A DNA stretch of 64,000 nt from an uncultured virus (IMG/VR IMGVR_UViG_3300023117_001979). Its lineage: Duplodnaviria > Heunggongvirae > Uroviricota > Caudoviricetes. Both the position numbers and the translations under genes were made by a program. Of the stretch, positions 28,001 through 38,800 are shown in pieces. Positions within the stretch are counted from its first letter, which is position 1, and each line of letters starts with the position of its first letter. The notes under the pieces were generated by a model. That model made no database searches. It saw only the letters and a program-made list of their open reading frames with translations, and had not been told where the DNA came from. The stretch is taken from the IMG/VR virus record IMGVR_UViG_3300023117_001979; one strand, 5' to 3'.

Positions 28001-29780
28001 CACAGCTCTTGATGATTTTATGAAATTCTTGCCTAAGAGCGTAACTAAAATTGAAAGAGCCTATGTTACTGCTATGAAGAGCTTTATGACTATTATTGCT
28101 GACGATATTCAGTTCGACAGTGAAACTACTAGTAACATGATTAAAGAAGTGAAGCAACATAAAGATGACCTTAACGCTGGTACTAAGATTGCCTATCCAG
28201 TAATTTCAACTCTAATTGATGAATTGAAAGAAATGCAAGATGTTGTTCGTGCTTATGACGAATCACTAGAGGCATATGACAATTATAACGCTGCAAGCAC
28301 TAATGCAGGTGAGCGTTACCCTAACGCACCTACTGCCGACCGCCGTAGTGTCCCAGTCTGGAGCCACCGCCAACGAGACCTGATTAAGGCGTATACTTCT
28401 TTACTACCAATGGTTTCCAGCTTTTGTAATTCAACACTTACCACTGACTACATTAAGAGAGAAGTGGCTTCAAAAGCTGACATTCCAATACGCATAGCCT
28501 CAACTGGCCTCAACGAACCCAATCCATTTGACTCGTTTATTCGGGGGCGCCGGTCCACTCCTTCTGCTCAAGCGTTTTACTTTGGAGAAGATTTGAAGAT
28601 AACTGGTCGCCAGCGTAGGGCTTACCTCGCTTTATTCGAAAGTGGGGATAACAAAGGGCGCCTACTTCTTGATATTCTCTCAGAAATCGCTGATGATGTA
28701 GGCTTTGTCGAACAGCGAGATTTCCTAAGCGCACTTGACAGGCGAATTAGGAACGAGGTTGACTCAGTTTACGCTAAGTATAAGACTCGAACCAAGATGG
28801 GTAAAGGTACAAAGTTACTCGCTGCAGATACTATCGCACTAGCTAAGGGTACTGGAAACTTACTGAAATTTGGTGGCAGGAGCCTAGTTGCAGGTACAGG
28901 TGCTATTCTAGGCGCGGGTGGTCAGGCTATTGTTGAAGGTACTAAAGCCGGTATAGGCTCAGTTAAAGGAATAGGCGCGGCAGCTGGTGGCGCTGTTGCT
29001 GGAACCGGGGCCGCATTAGGTGGCCTGTTTATTGGTACTGGTCTTGCACTTGGTGCCGCCTTAATATCAGGAGGAATAACTGCCGCAGGTCTAGCTGGAA
29101 GTTTAGGCATTAGTGCAATAGTAAGTACAGCCGCCTATTTCCAAAGTCGACGCGACTTAAAGAGAGCAATAATGCAAGACCCAGATTTTGTTCAAGGTAA
29201 AATAGATATTCTTACAGCTAAGCAACAAGAAAGGCTATCTAAGATGCAAGTAGCACAAGATGAACGAGAGCGAAGAGCCTTACAACTTCAGGCCGATATG
29301 GCTTACTTAGGCGCTCAGCGTCTAAGGTTCGCGGCTAAAGCAGCAGAAGCAGAACAGCGTCTTCAAGAAGCCGAAGCAGCCGCAGCAGAAGCAGAATTAG
29401 ACCGCATAGAGTTTGAGATAGCCCAAAAAGCAGAAGAAATGAAAGAAGCCCGTTTGCTTCGTGAAGAAAATTTGGCTACTGAAAGAATGGAAGCAGAAGA
29501 CCGAATAGAGCGAGCAAAACTAGAACGAAGAGCTGCACAAGTTGAAAGAGCTGCTGACTATGACAAGCTAAATGTCGACCTAGCTATGGCTAAAAAGCAG
29601 CGCCAAAACTTCATAAGTTCTATTGGAGGAAGGAATAAAGCCGAAAGTGATAATAGGAGAATGACTGGAGAAATGGCCCAAGTATATTCATCTGAGACTC
29701 CAGCACAATACTTACAACGCCTTGACCAAGATATTTTGACTATTGAAACTAAACTAAAAAGACTTCAAGGGGTGGTTTAG
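25017..29780 (+). CDS. Very large helical NP-motif protein with Gly-rich TM region and terminal coiled coil
   Basis: 1587 aa; LSNP, RSNP, RRNP, RVNP; long GxxxG-rich hydrophobic tract at about 28880-29140 followed by a charged coiled coil. Confidence 0.75.
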   Translation: MRGGDMHMHSVPNSLLGASLGDAHKWVRSQMVLSNPHKPMADYTLTNENGTTISLSDLTKGKASHVTINAAGSVRSNPAAPGELVGFMEIPKPMHSSRLTALTQDDITPALYDAMVNQYGLFSAIQTLSILLTRPVSPSLHHSQKTINLIRARRGDSLMPLHQYLPSPQKKERKRDENKKKDNRNTRRNPAPADVVTAADSLNLAPGNVVLSAQQLNRAGGLGLNLDRTTNDIRREVDKMLDDAEDAFEENEHGALISVANKMSLKYENSAEIFDNFAQQVLAPYLITSTANVNALKYINEYILPAMRAVIEDKRGSSDKQLRKLDRQYKHIVSKLATDPRDFYMGSEFALIAHPGFLFPRAGLALMPVPTSTRDMAFRAFEQAGTPPTYDPATGFVATIAPSDRAGVAYIGRETIQRMGRRTFGQGRNMLNVNRVIDSLIDVIERFGETDSSGFNVLVRDTRTMASIAANAGEQLYQRIAGMPVFYFADLPGIRPIPTNWPQGLILAMMEVLAQNRDRITGLGGGAFNAAEFMTPSGINLATGGSFGTYDNYAAWTAERNRLAGLPNADLAAGGAENENALRLLGSLTDVARQSGIMLRQTIAGFANPQGPFGDVPNDIAAIRGLYGGASPEARSQFKYQNGLAPGIAVAAGGRLIGAYTTLADYLQNVVNANLADGVNAPMSGGHPRPGYAIDIARVINVLDPASPYMAAISAQFVNAQPLTAQNTSDSPSVYQIMLDAVELSMRKYNYNPSKDDIYFTVVLLYYSLRNMGLDAEVTGFMSRISNILQQARRRALNDFLADVVAAFPAPPLGGAPIAPAAMNNYLALKFAYDAFNDPTSDAFRALTGVRVNPAPAADLVGEAQIKNIRESLKASIDMYENALKRTGQDSNAEAVVDALRELVMPQILKQMNENPHAYFTYVGASDTPTEKIIETVDTLYGQCDTAISEHIDSLGNLANVLQGTLPGDLSDNLLTALTELQESSEKLDLLDKTATALDDFMKFLPKSVTKIERAYVTAMKSFMTIIADDIQFDSETTSNMIKEVKQHKDDLNAGTKIAYPVISTLIDELKEMQDVVRAYDESLEAYDNYNAASTNAGERYPNAPTADRRSVPVWSHRQRDLIKAYTSLLPMVSSFCNSTLTTDYIKREVASKADIPIRIASTGLNEPNPFDSFIRGRRSTPSAQAFYFGEDLKITGRQRRAYLALFESGDNKGRLLLDILSEIADDVGFVEQRDFLSALDRRIRNEVDSVYAKYKTRTKMGKGTKLLAADTIALAKGTGNLLKFGGRSLVAGTGAILGAGGQAIVEGTKAGIGSVKGIGAAAGGAVAGTGAALGGLFIGTGLALGAALISGGITAAGLAGSLGISAIVSTAAYFQSRRDLKRAIMQDPDFVQGKIDILTAKQQERLSKMQVAQDERERRALQLQADMAYLGAQRLRFAAKAAEAEQRLQEAEAAAAEAELDRIEFEIAQKAEEMKEARLLREENLATERMEAEDRIERAKLERRAAQVERAADYDKLNVDLAMAKKQRQNFISSIGGRNKAESDNRRMTGEMAQVYSSETPAQYLQRLDQDILTIETKLKRLQGVV

Positions 29781-31966
29781 TGAAAGAATGCCAGCACTGT
29801 AACACGCACAACCCCCCGCAGGCATCTAACTGTCGCGTATGCAACCTTAACTTGCCGCGTAGTAATCAGCCTTCTATTATGCACACAACTGGGCGCCCAA
29901 AGATGGCAGTGTTTGACTTAGACTGGACTCTTTTCGACATTTCTCGCCGTGAACGAGCGGCTAATCGCCAAGGACTAAAGGCCGGTAGTGATGCTTGGTA
30001 TGACTTCCAAAACCAAAACAAATTCATTCTAAAAGACAGCCCTATTCCTGGGACACTTGCATTTGTCAGAGCACTCGCAGACGACGGCTATACAATTGCA
30101 TATCTTTCAGGTCGACCAAACAGTGTTCTTGCAGCTACTAAAGAAAGCCTACAACAAAATGGCTATCCAATCGATGCTCTTGAACGAGATTTAGTTTACC
30201 TGTTCAATGGAAAACCGTCCAAGAAAAATATCACAAGCTTCAAGAAAAGCATTCTGACACATCTCAAAAACACTTTTGACATACATTTCTTTTTTGACGA
30301 TACCGCAGAATTCCGGGAAGCAGCAAAATCGCTGTTCATTCCAGGCGTTTACCCGTCAATATCTTCGTATACCGGAAACGAGGAACGCACTTCCGACAAG
30401 ACGGCTTCAAAAAAAACAAGAAGTAATCCAGGCGCACTAATTAATCCACCCCCAATGCCTCGTAAGAAGCGCAATAAAGCGGGTAACATGGTCAAGGAGC
30501 CCATTAAGAATTACATGAGTCGTTTTATGGCTGACCCAAAGATGAATGAAGAATTCCCCGATAGCTCACAGCGCTTTGCTGTCGGCCTTTCTTATGCTCG
30601 CAAATTTTACGGTGATGCTGCCGTTGACAAGGCATACCCACCACGAAGCAACCCAAGTGACGATATAGAGGTACTAGACCTAGACCCCATTCCCATGTTG
30701 AGCAAAACTGCTCAAGCAAACTTAAGGAAAGCCGCCACTATGCTTGAGATGCAGCCTGAAGATTTGGACTTAGATGTTCCGGGCGACCAGTACAGCATGC
30801 AGCTATTGGCGGCAGTAAAGCGAGAAATCCAAAACCCCCCTGTTACGGGCCAGGATGCTACAAGGGCCCTAGAAATACACCACATGAATACTCACAAAGT
30901 CAAGTCTCACGACTTCACAAGGGAGGAACTCCAGCCATTTAGTCTACCCATTAACATTCTTACGAAAATGAAATCCTACCTACACGGAAGTCGCGAATAC
31001 GCGGGTTTCTTTGACATGGATAAGAGAGAGCTACTTGTAGGGACAGGTTTTGGAATAGGCAGCGTAGGAGTTGGCGAATCAGTAGCGAGGTACTGTATGG
31101 AGAAAAATGTACCACTAATGTTTCACACTCACCCAACTCGTAAGAATAAATATCTAGGGATGGACTTCGATTGGCAATTTCCTTCTGCACCTGACTACAT
31201 GTTTGTTCAGTGGTTTAGTATCTATGGGGGCGTAGGCATGCACTGTGTAGTAAACAAGTTTGGTATTCACATTTTAAGGCCTTATGTCAAGCCTAGGTCA
31301 AAGCTAGCAAAGCTTTTGGCACTACCAAAGAGCAAGTTTACCAAAGCAAAGGGCAAAGAGGCAGCCGAGTTGTTCAATGCGGATATAAGAGCATTAAACA
31401 GAAAGTTGAGAAACGGGTCTTTTTTTAGGGAGTACCTAGAAAGCCTCGGCTTAGACGAATTTCAAATGTTTGACCTTGAGCAAGGGGCTGATATTCAAAA
31501 CGCCTATATCAACTCAATATGGAAGTCATTAGCGATGAAGCATGACTTCTTTGCGTTCCCTATTGCTGGAGTCAAGTGGACAAAGAGAGACGAAAAAGGG
31601 TTATCAGGAAAATACTCATCAGTCCGTGCAAACCCAGGAAATGTGTCAGAAGCCAAAGAGATGTATAAGCAATTCCACCAAAAGAACCCTAGTAATGTTC
31701 AAAAGAAGAAGGTGGACTTTGGAGATACTTGGGTAGGACTTGGTAAGGCATGGTCTATTGGTTATCGGTCAGGTAAAGAAACTGGTAACGAGAGTCAAAA
31801 GTATATTCATAACTTCGGAGTTGATGAAGAAAGTGGAAAGCAATTCAAAGAGCCTGACTTGTATTATGTCAAGAACAAAGACGGCTCTCAAATGATGGTC
31901 ATTATGGGTGGCGACTGGTACATTGATGTTGATGAAGAAGGTAAAATGTCCTGGATTTACATTTGA
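29780..31966 (+). CDS. NP-delimited polyprotein: Zn ribbon, HAD (PNKP-type) phosphatase, small helical modules, JAB-like domain, C-terminal module
   Basis: CQHC/CRVC; FDLDWT, LSGR, FFDD (HAD motifs); REYAG...FHTHP...PSAPD (JAB); linkers RSNP, LINP, RSNP, IQNP, RANP. Confidence 0.8.
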   Translation: MKECQHCNTHNPPQASNCRVCNLNLPRSNQPSIMHTTGRPKMAVFDLDWTLFDISRRERAANRQGLKAGSDAWYDFQNQNKFILKDSPIPGTLAFVRALADDGYTIAYLSGRPNSVLAATKESLQQNGYPIDALERDLVYLFNGKPSKKNITSFKKSILTHLKNTFDIHFFFDDTAEFREAAKSLFIPGVYPSISSYTGNEERTSDKTASKKTRSNPGALINPPPMPRKKRNKAGNMVKEPIKNYMSRFMADPKMNEEFPDSSQRFAVGLSYARKFYGDAAVDKAYPPRSNPSDDIEVLDLDPIPMLSKTAQANLRKAATMLEMQPEDLDLDVPGDQYSMQLLAAVKREIQNPPVTGQDATRALEIHHMNTHKVKSHDFTREELQPFSLPINILTKMKSYLHGSREYAGFFDMDKRELLVGTGFGIGSVGVGESVARYCMEKNVPLMFHTHPTRKNKYLGMDFDWQFPSAPDYMFVQWFSIYGGVGMHCVVNKFGIHILRPYVKPRSKLAKLLALPKSKFTKAKGKEAAELFNADIRALNRKLRNGSFFREYLESLGLDEFQMFDLEQGADIQNAYINSIWKSLAMKHDFFAFPIAGVKWTKRDEKGLSGKYSSVRANPGNVSEAKEMYKQFHQKNPSNVQKKKVDFGDTWVGLGKAWSIGYRSGKETGNESQKYIHNFGVDEESGKQFKEPDLYYVKNKDGSQMMVIMGGDWYIDVDEEGKMSWIYI

Positions 31967-31975
31967 GGTGTTACT

Positions 31976-32359
31976 ATGTCAAACAGGAATAGTACCATCG
32001 ACGAGCAAATAGAAAAGAGGCTCGGTATCTCTATCAAAACTTGGGATAGAATAGAGCTAACTTCTTTGGGGCTTCTTGTCCTTATCACTCTTCGTGAAAC
32101 TATGGATGTTGTAGGTACAAATGGCGTATTTGGCTACGGCAAAAGCAAAAGGCTTCAACGCTACTCTCGCCTAGGATTTGAAAGAGATACATGGAGTAAC
32201 ATCAATGTAATTAGCACTCTTTTGGGTGCTGGCCTTCTTTTCAAGGGAGCAATCGACGCAGTCGAAACAAAGACAACCTTGCTACGACAGGCTACTAAGC
32301 CACGAACCACCTTCAAAGGGGCAAACATTCAAGGGTTCAACCGTAACAGGATTATTTGA
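31976..32359 (+). CDS. Small membrane protein
   Basis: GAGGTG RBS; two hydrophobic segments. Confidence 0.6.
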   Translation: MSNRNSTIDEQIEKRLGISIKTWDRIELTSLGLLVLITLRETMDVVGTNGVFGYGKSKRLQRYSRLGFERDTWSNINVISTLLGAGLLFKGAIDAVETKTTLLRQATKPRTTFKGANIQGFNRNRII

Positions 32360-32850
32360 GGGATAGTATGACACGAATTTATTCTCCCGGCACTCGTGGC
32401 TACCTCAATGTAACTACTGGTGTTGGTCGCCTTCTCTTAGTAATGACAGGTGTATACTTAATTTTCAAACCAAAAGAAGTAGTTGCACAAAGTAACCCTT
32501 ATGCCCAATACATGGAGAAGACCGAAATTACTTACTATTCCCCAATTAGCACTGAAGGAGTAGTTACTAAAGAAATCAAAGACGGAGACACAGTTCAAGG
32601 AGCGCGAGACCAAATTCAAGTTAGCTATCATATTACCGGGACTGACTTCGGGAAAGCCGTCATCAAATATGGTGACACTGAGAAAGTGATTGAAAGCCCA
32701 CAGTCATTTCCAGTCAGCTTTACCATCTCAAAGCCAACTGTAATTGCGGAGCTTGAAAAGAACAACTACCTACAAGTTCAAATTTCAGTAACCCCTGCGT
32801 CTGCTCAAGCGGAAGCGCATACTATGAGCTTCCGCTATGAGGGTGCATAA
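32356..32850 (+). CDS. N-terminally anchored beta-rich protein
   Basis: TM LLLVMTGVYLIF followed by QSNP and a beta-strand pattern. Confidence 0.6.
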   Translation: MRDSMTRIYSPGTRGYLNVTTGVGRLLLVMTGVYLIFKPKEVVAQSNPYAQYMEKTEITYYSPISTEGVVTKEIKDGDTVQGARDQIQVSYHITGTDFGKAVIKYGDTEKVIESPQSFPVSFTISKPTVIAELEKNNYLQVQISVTPASAQAEAHTMSFRYEGA

Positions 32851-35812
32851 AATGACCTTTGAACGAGCAGCAACACCTTTTGGGCAAGGTCGCTCTCGTG
32901 AAGCTATTGATTTTGGCCGCAGGGCCACTCAAAAATTACTCCCATGGATTAGAGAACACTATGAACTTTATACATCAGACCAAGCTAATTTTACTCCAGG
33001 TGGTCTTTTCAACTACCATCTAAGAGGAGATTACGCGCTTCAATTGACTACCAATAACCCCGATTATGAGCCTACGGGTCTTTATTCAGCGAACCCCGGA
33101 AGGCTAGTTTTAGAAGCATCACCAGTCCAAGTAGTGTTTAATTTCCCCGCATCAATCGACTTAGCTAACCGGCTACAAACTTTTGCAAATACCCATGCTT
33201 TTGGCGGTGGTGGGCTTGTCGATAGAAGGTTCGGCGTAATGGGTGCATCTGATACCGTAGCAGCCCCTCAACCTGAGCATTTTTTTGCCCGTGAAGTAGC
33301 AAATGGTTCTATTTTAACCGAGTTTTTATTTGCCGAGCAAGCAACTTTAGCATATCGACTATTACCTTACGAAAAGGACTTCCACACTAAAGTTAGAAAT
33401 TTTTTGGTAAATGAATCAATGCATTTTATCGAGAATATTCGCCTACTTACCAACGGCAGGGGGAATAACCAATTCGAGCATATTGCTCATGGCTTTAACT
33501 TAGATTTGGCACTTCTTGGGCCAGAGCTAGATAGGTTATTTGTAGCCGCTCCTAACACTTTAGGAACAATCAACATGCCAGGAGGTATTCCTAACATTAA
33601 CTTTGCAGCTCCACCACTTAATGCATTTGCTACTTGGACCGACCTTTGGGCAGACCCTACTACACCGAAACCAACATTCGTACTTCCAATTTGCTATGTC
33701 ATAGATGCTACCACAGAATACATTAATCTAAACGCTGCTGTTGCTAAAGGGGTCCACCCTGATACTGACGCTGTTCTTTGGCCGGTTTATCAAGACCTAC
33801 TTAGAGAAGCTATTATCGCTTCTTACCAAATTGGTGGCTACTATACAATAAACCCAGGAGCACCTGGACCAGCACCTGGAGCAGTAAATCCATCACACTT
33901 AGTACTAGATAACACAAATCACTTTACCGCATACTATCGTCAGCAGCATGGCGGTGCTTATTTTCTATGTAGCCAAAAAGCTGATAATTTCAATCCCAAT
34001 AATGTGCGAAATAGGCTTGGCAACTTCTTTGACACTTACTTTAACTTGGTTAATACTCCATTTCCGGTTGGTACCATTGTTCAGTTTAATATCCACAACA
34101 ATAACGCAGTAAACGAAGCCAATACTAATCAAGTTACTCCGCCTATCCCAAGAGCTAATTTAGTGGCACATATAACTGGGCCTAACAACAACTTGTTTAG
34201 GATTACAGGGACGAACCCACCAATACGACAGCGCAATCGCCCCAATATTCGCAGGTATCAAATGGAGTCCGTCGACGATACTGGCGCTACTAGAGGACTA
34301 GAGTTACAGAATATTCGCGAGTTTTGGAGAACAGACCAGGGGGAGATTCCATCCATTTTCATGCATCGCCCAGCTAACTTTGGTGTTAATGACCAGTCTA
34401 TTCACACCCCATTAAACCTCGTTGGTCGAACTTTGCTTAGTAGCTGTTATTATATTTTCAATATAGGCGCATACTACTCAGCTAGAAGAGATATGAGGAA
34501 ATTGACCAAAAGAGATGCTCCTGGCCACTATCCTCCTTTGAATGAAGCTATGCAAGCTGGGGTTGCTAATAACGCCGCGCGAAATGGTCACCAGCCAAAT
34601 CACGAGTTTGGTGTACTAGACTTGTATTCAGAATTACGCGCTGACCTGATGGCAGATTACCTAGCAGCTATGTATGACAACCTGAAAGGAAGTTATCGCG
34701 ACCAATTCGAAGCTTTCTATACAGGAGACTTCCACTCTAATGAGTTGGATTATTACACATCAGCGGTTTCTAATTACATTGACCCTCAAGTTATGCCTGA
34801 AGATGCTAATAGAGAGCAAGTACTAGTTGGACCAAGGTTGACTACTAGGCTCCCCCAGGAAACCACCTTAGTCGAGAGACAAAGAGCAGTCTATCCAGCT
34901 AACCACCCTGATGTGTTGGCCGGACTAGCAACAGCGGGAGACCCACTACCTGTTCAATCCCACAGGCAGGTTCAAAACTTCCGTAGCGCTGACCCTGAGT
35001 TAGTTTATTATCAAATGGATAGCCCACTGCTAAGGGAAATTCTCCGCGAGTTGAACGAGGCATTTTACCAATGGTATGTTACGCTAGCCGAAGACTTAGA
35101 CCGAGGTGCGCGAAATCTTCTTCGCGCAGGTAATTTAGAAGCAGACGACCCCACGCAACGAGCTTTACTAGTTCGTACTGGAAGAAGGGGAGACCCTGGC
35201 ACTGACCGCCGACCGATTAGGCCTACTAAACTAATTTTAGATTCTATGTGGCCTCTTCTTACAACACGGGCAACTAACGCAGTTGAGTCGGGTGAAGTAC
35301 CAGCTCATAACATGCTAAGGCGAATAGCAGTAGCACTAACCCAACATAGGACTCAAACCTCAATGGCAATACCAGCAGTGCCTATTTCTTTATCATCAGT
35401 TAATTTTGGGGAGCTACTTCGCTCACCCACTCAATACGCCCTCCCACCTAGTACTTCTGCTGAGGATGTTAAAGTGTTCTTAGACTATCTATCAAACACT
35501 TATTACAACGATTACGGTTTAATTGGCTTGCTAGCAGCTAATATTGAAACAGAGCGAACCGAGCTATATACCCAAGACCAACTTATTGCTGCATTCAAAA
35601 AGCAATACAAGTCATTCCGCGATACTCTTGTCTTAAATCGCTTCCACTTTTCTGCAACTGCCGAAGTTATCCTAGCCTTTAGGCGTATGATTGCTACTGA
35701 CCCTAATGCAAGAGCAATCGAAGCAGCCACACTAACTACATCACCTCCTGGAGACCCAGTGGAGCAGGCTGCCCCAGCTACCCCGATTCCTGAACCAATG
35801 AGGAGGATTTGA
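32837..35812 (+). CDS. Large hypothetical protein
   Basis: 991-aa ORF in the same operon, rich in Asn/Pro/Ala; no family recognised. Confidence 0.7.
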   Translation: MRVHKMTFERAATPFGQGRSREAIDFGRRATQKLLPWIREHYELYTSDQANFTPGGLFNYHLRGDYALQLTTNNPDYEPTGLYSANPGRLVLEASPVQVVFNFPASIDLANRLQTFANTHAFGGGGLVDRRFGVMGASDTVAAPQPEHFFAREVANGSILTEFLFAEQATLAYRLLPYEKDFHTKVRNFLVNESMHFIENIRLLTNGRGNNQFEHIAHGFNLDLALLGPELDRLFVAAPNTLGTINMPGGIPNINFAAPPLNAFATWTDLWADPTTPKPTFVLPICYVIDATTEYINLNAAVAKGVHPDTDAVLWPVYQDLLREAIIASYQIGGYYTINPGAPGPAPGAVNPSHLVLDNTNHFTAYYRQQHGGAYFLCSQKADNFNPNNVRNRLGNFFDTYFNLVNTPFPVGTIVQFNIHNNNAVNEANTNQVTPPIPRANLVAHITGPNNNLFRITGTNPPIRQRNRPNIRRYQMESVDDTGATRGLELQNIREFWRTDQGEIPSIFMHRPANFGVNDQSIHTPLNLVGRTLLSSCYYIFNIGAYYSARRDMRKLTKRDAPGHYPPLNEAMQAGVANNAARNGHQPNHEFGVLDLYSELRADLMADYLAAMYDNLKGSYRDQFEAFYTGDFHSNELDYYTSAVSNYIDPQVMPEDANREQVLVGPRLTTRLPQETTLVERQRAVYPANHPDVLAGLATAGDPLPVQSHRQVQNFRSADPELVYYQMDSPLLREILRELNEAFYQWYVTLAEDLDRGARNLLRAGNLEADDPTQRALLVRTGRRGDPGTDRRPIRPTKLILDSMWPLLTTRATNAVESGEVPAHNMLRRIAVALTQHRTQTSMAIPAVPISLSSVNFGELLRSPTQYALPPSTSAEDVKVFLDYLSNTYYNDYGLIGLLAANIETERTELYTQDQLIAAFKKQYKSFRDTLVLNRFHFSATAEVILAFRRMIATDPNARAIEAATLTTSPPGDPVEQAAPATPIPEPMRRI

Positions 35813-35813
35813 T

Positions 35814-38800
35814 ATGGAGTTAGGCCCTCTTTTGGAAGAGTTCGAGCGTTATGCCAAAAACTCGTATATTGCTAACATTAAGTTGGGTGTACCCGATATT
35901 AAGGAGTTTCTTTTGCAATTCTTTACTCGTCGTACCTTTTTCATTAATGGAATAATGTATTACGGGGCTTCAAGCAAGCTAGATGGAGAACCACGATTTG
36001 TATTTACAGAACCCGACTATACTACTGATGATTACATAGAAGCAGTCTTACCCGAATTAATTCAGCTTTACACCAACGCTTACGGGGCTCCTAGCGATAC
36101 TCCATTCTCTAAAGAGTGGTCGCCCAAACCATTCAAAGCCGAAACTGAGCGTGAAAAGCAACAGGCCGCTATTATGAAAGAGCGCATCATGGAGTACAAC
36201 CAGCGAACCTTACCTTTTCGCCTAAGTAAAACAATGTACCACCCTATTTCGACTGTTTGGTTTAGTAGCTCTTCAGGGACAGTCGGTACGAAAGGAAAGG
36301 TTGGTGAAGTAACTATTACTTCGCAAGAAGAAATTGAAGAATTTATTGACTCCACCTCGTTTTACAGTTTAGTGGGTGGAAAAGATGCCTCACTAAGAGA
36401 CCTATGGTTTGAAGCTCTCAATGATGAAAAGAGCAACCCTAAGTTTGGTTGGTTTGATATTGACAACCCCGCAGACCTAAGTGAAAAGGAGCACAAAGAA
36501 GTAGTTTCTAAGATTAGCAAAATGCTAAGCGAAGCTGACCGCAAGCATATTATCATGTTTACTGGGCGTAATTACCAAATTTGGTTTGCCCCTAAGAAAG
36601 GCGAGCGTTTTGATTACGCTATGGATGTAAAGACCATAGTTGAAGGGTATGGTGCAAAGGCAGGTGCCCTTGTAGGAAACGGCACTGCTTATCGAAATAA
36701 AGCAGTAGCAAATGGCAAAATTTGGGTGGACACCGGCGTTTACAAGAAAAATCAAAAACTTGGTTTCTTTTTCGGTATGCACTTTAAACCAGGCCGCCTT
36801 GAGGACTCAACTGGCTTAGTACGAGTTCCAGTAAAGCGAAGCGAGCTAAGTGCATTTGACCCCTTAGTGGACGCTCACCCTGAAAATGTATTACTTCGCT
36901 TTGACGAATTGAAGGCTCGTGTTGATATGTTTTGTCAAGAAGTGGAGCTAGGCGAAGGCTTCCCATACAAAGACAGGGGCTACCCCTGCTATCGTTCTGC
37001 ACGAGGCAATAATGATACTAAGAACCCACTAGCAAAGCGTCTAGAAGAATGGAAGAAACCAAAAATGAAAGAATTTTCAAAAAGTGTTGCGGGTGAAGAA
37101 GTCTTACAGCACGAGTCTATTACAGTCATGCCTAAGCTAGATGGCTGGCTCGGAGGTATGGCCTTCAACATTTCAGGTGGCTTCAAAGTAAACGGGCAAG
37201 ACCTAGACGGTTTGCAAGAAATTGAAGGCATGATTCAGTCTATTCAAACAGAAAAGCAAAGAGCCCTAATGTGTACTAAAGGTGGAATCTTTAGTTGGGA
37301 CAGCTACCTAACACATGCATTTGAAAACGCATGCCGTAGTATTGGAGTAACCGAGGCTATTGTAACAGGTGAAATTGTCACTTACAATGACCTAGGCAAA
37401 GTAGCGGGAAGGGAAGGGGTTGCTAGTGTCCTAAACCGCCAAGAAGCAGAACCGGTAAATAAAGTCTCGACACATGATACTCACGATTTCCGCAAACTGA
37501 AGTTTGTAATTCATGATGTTCTCTCGCTAGATGGTAGTGATGTAAGTCGAGATATTCCAATTGCACAGCGACTAGCACTATTTTCCGAAGTAAGTAATGA
37601 CCGCATTTCTGTAATTCCACACGAGGTAGTAACTGAAGACCTTTTTACTAACTTTGAAGCACTATGGAAAAAACATGTCCAAGAAGAACAAAATGAAGGC
37701 TTAGTTGTATACGGTGGAGGAAAGAGGTACAAAATTAAGCGTCGTTATACCCTTGACGCAGCCATTATTGGGATTGATACTGATGCGAAGCACTGGCAAG
37801 ACCAAAAAGAAATGCTATCAACAGTAATCGTCGCAGTTTCAAAGAATACGGGAAAGGGCCCGACATTTTTTGCCTTTCAGCGAATTGGTAATTTCCGACT
37901 GCCTGACGAAGTGCGCAAAGATTTGTTTCACAAGGTTTTAGGAGACCGTAAGAACGAAGAGTGGAGTAGGAACAGTTTTGCTAATGTTTTACCATACGAA
38001 AATAAGCAAAACCCAAACATTTACTGGGTGGACCCAAAAGTAGTAGTTGAAATTGAATATGAATCGCTTGGTAACGAAACCAAGCCAGCATTCATGTTTT
38101 ACCGAGAACAGGTGCAAAAAAGCACAGCAGACTCACGAAGTCTAGAAAGAGGCTACCGTCTATCACCTATTGTAAAACCAGCCGCTAGTCGTAGGCTAAA
38201 AGGACCACCAGTTATCTTATCTGAAAGAATGGATAAGAGTACTTTCAACCCAGTTGACATTTCTCATGAGCAAGCTGAAGGTGCTGGGGGTTTGCAAATT
38301 TCGTCAAAAGTGACGAAAATAGCTTCAGAAGAATTGGAGAACCCGTCAAAGATTAAAGTGACACATGTCAGAACGAATCCTATGTATGGTTACGCTCGTG
38401 GCCCCCGGTGGATTGCAGGCGGAGGAATGTCCGAATCTTCTCCTACCGAAGCATTCCGACTAGGTACGCATAAGGGCCCAGGCCATATTTCCTTCGATGA
38501 TGTAAAGCTAACAATGGAACAAGAATTTATCGAACCACTACGAGATGTTCCAGGAGCCACTACACGAGGAAAATCAGGGTGGCAGCCAAACTACAAACCA
38601 ATTTGGGACCAAGCTCGACAGCACCCACAAACAGGAGTTAACTTCTATCCTGAAATGACTGGGATGGCCTTTTCTTCTGCTGACGCTATCTTTGATGAAC
38701 GGGGCCCTAACATTCCTGGTGGGCGCAAGGGAATTATTGAATCACAATCTTCTAAGTATAGTCTTAAACGCCTACTAAGTGATGAGTACCATCATGGTGG

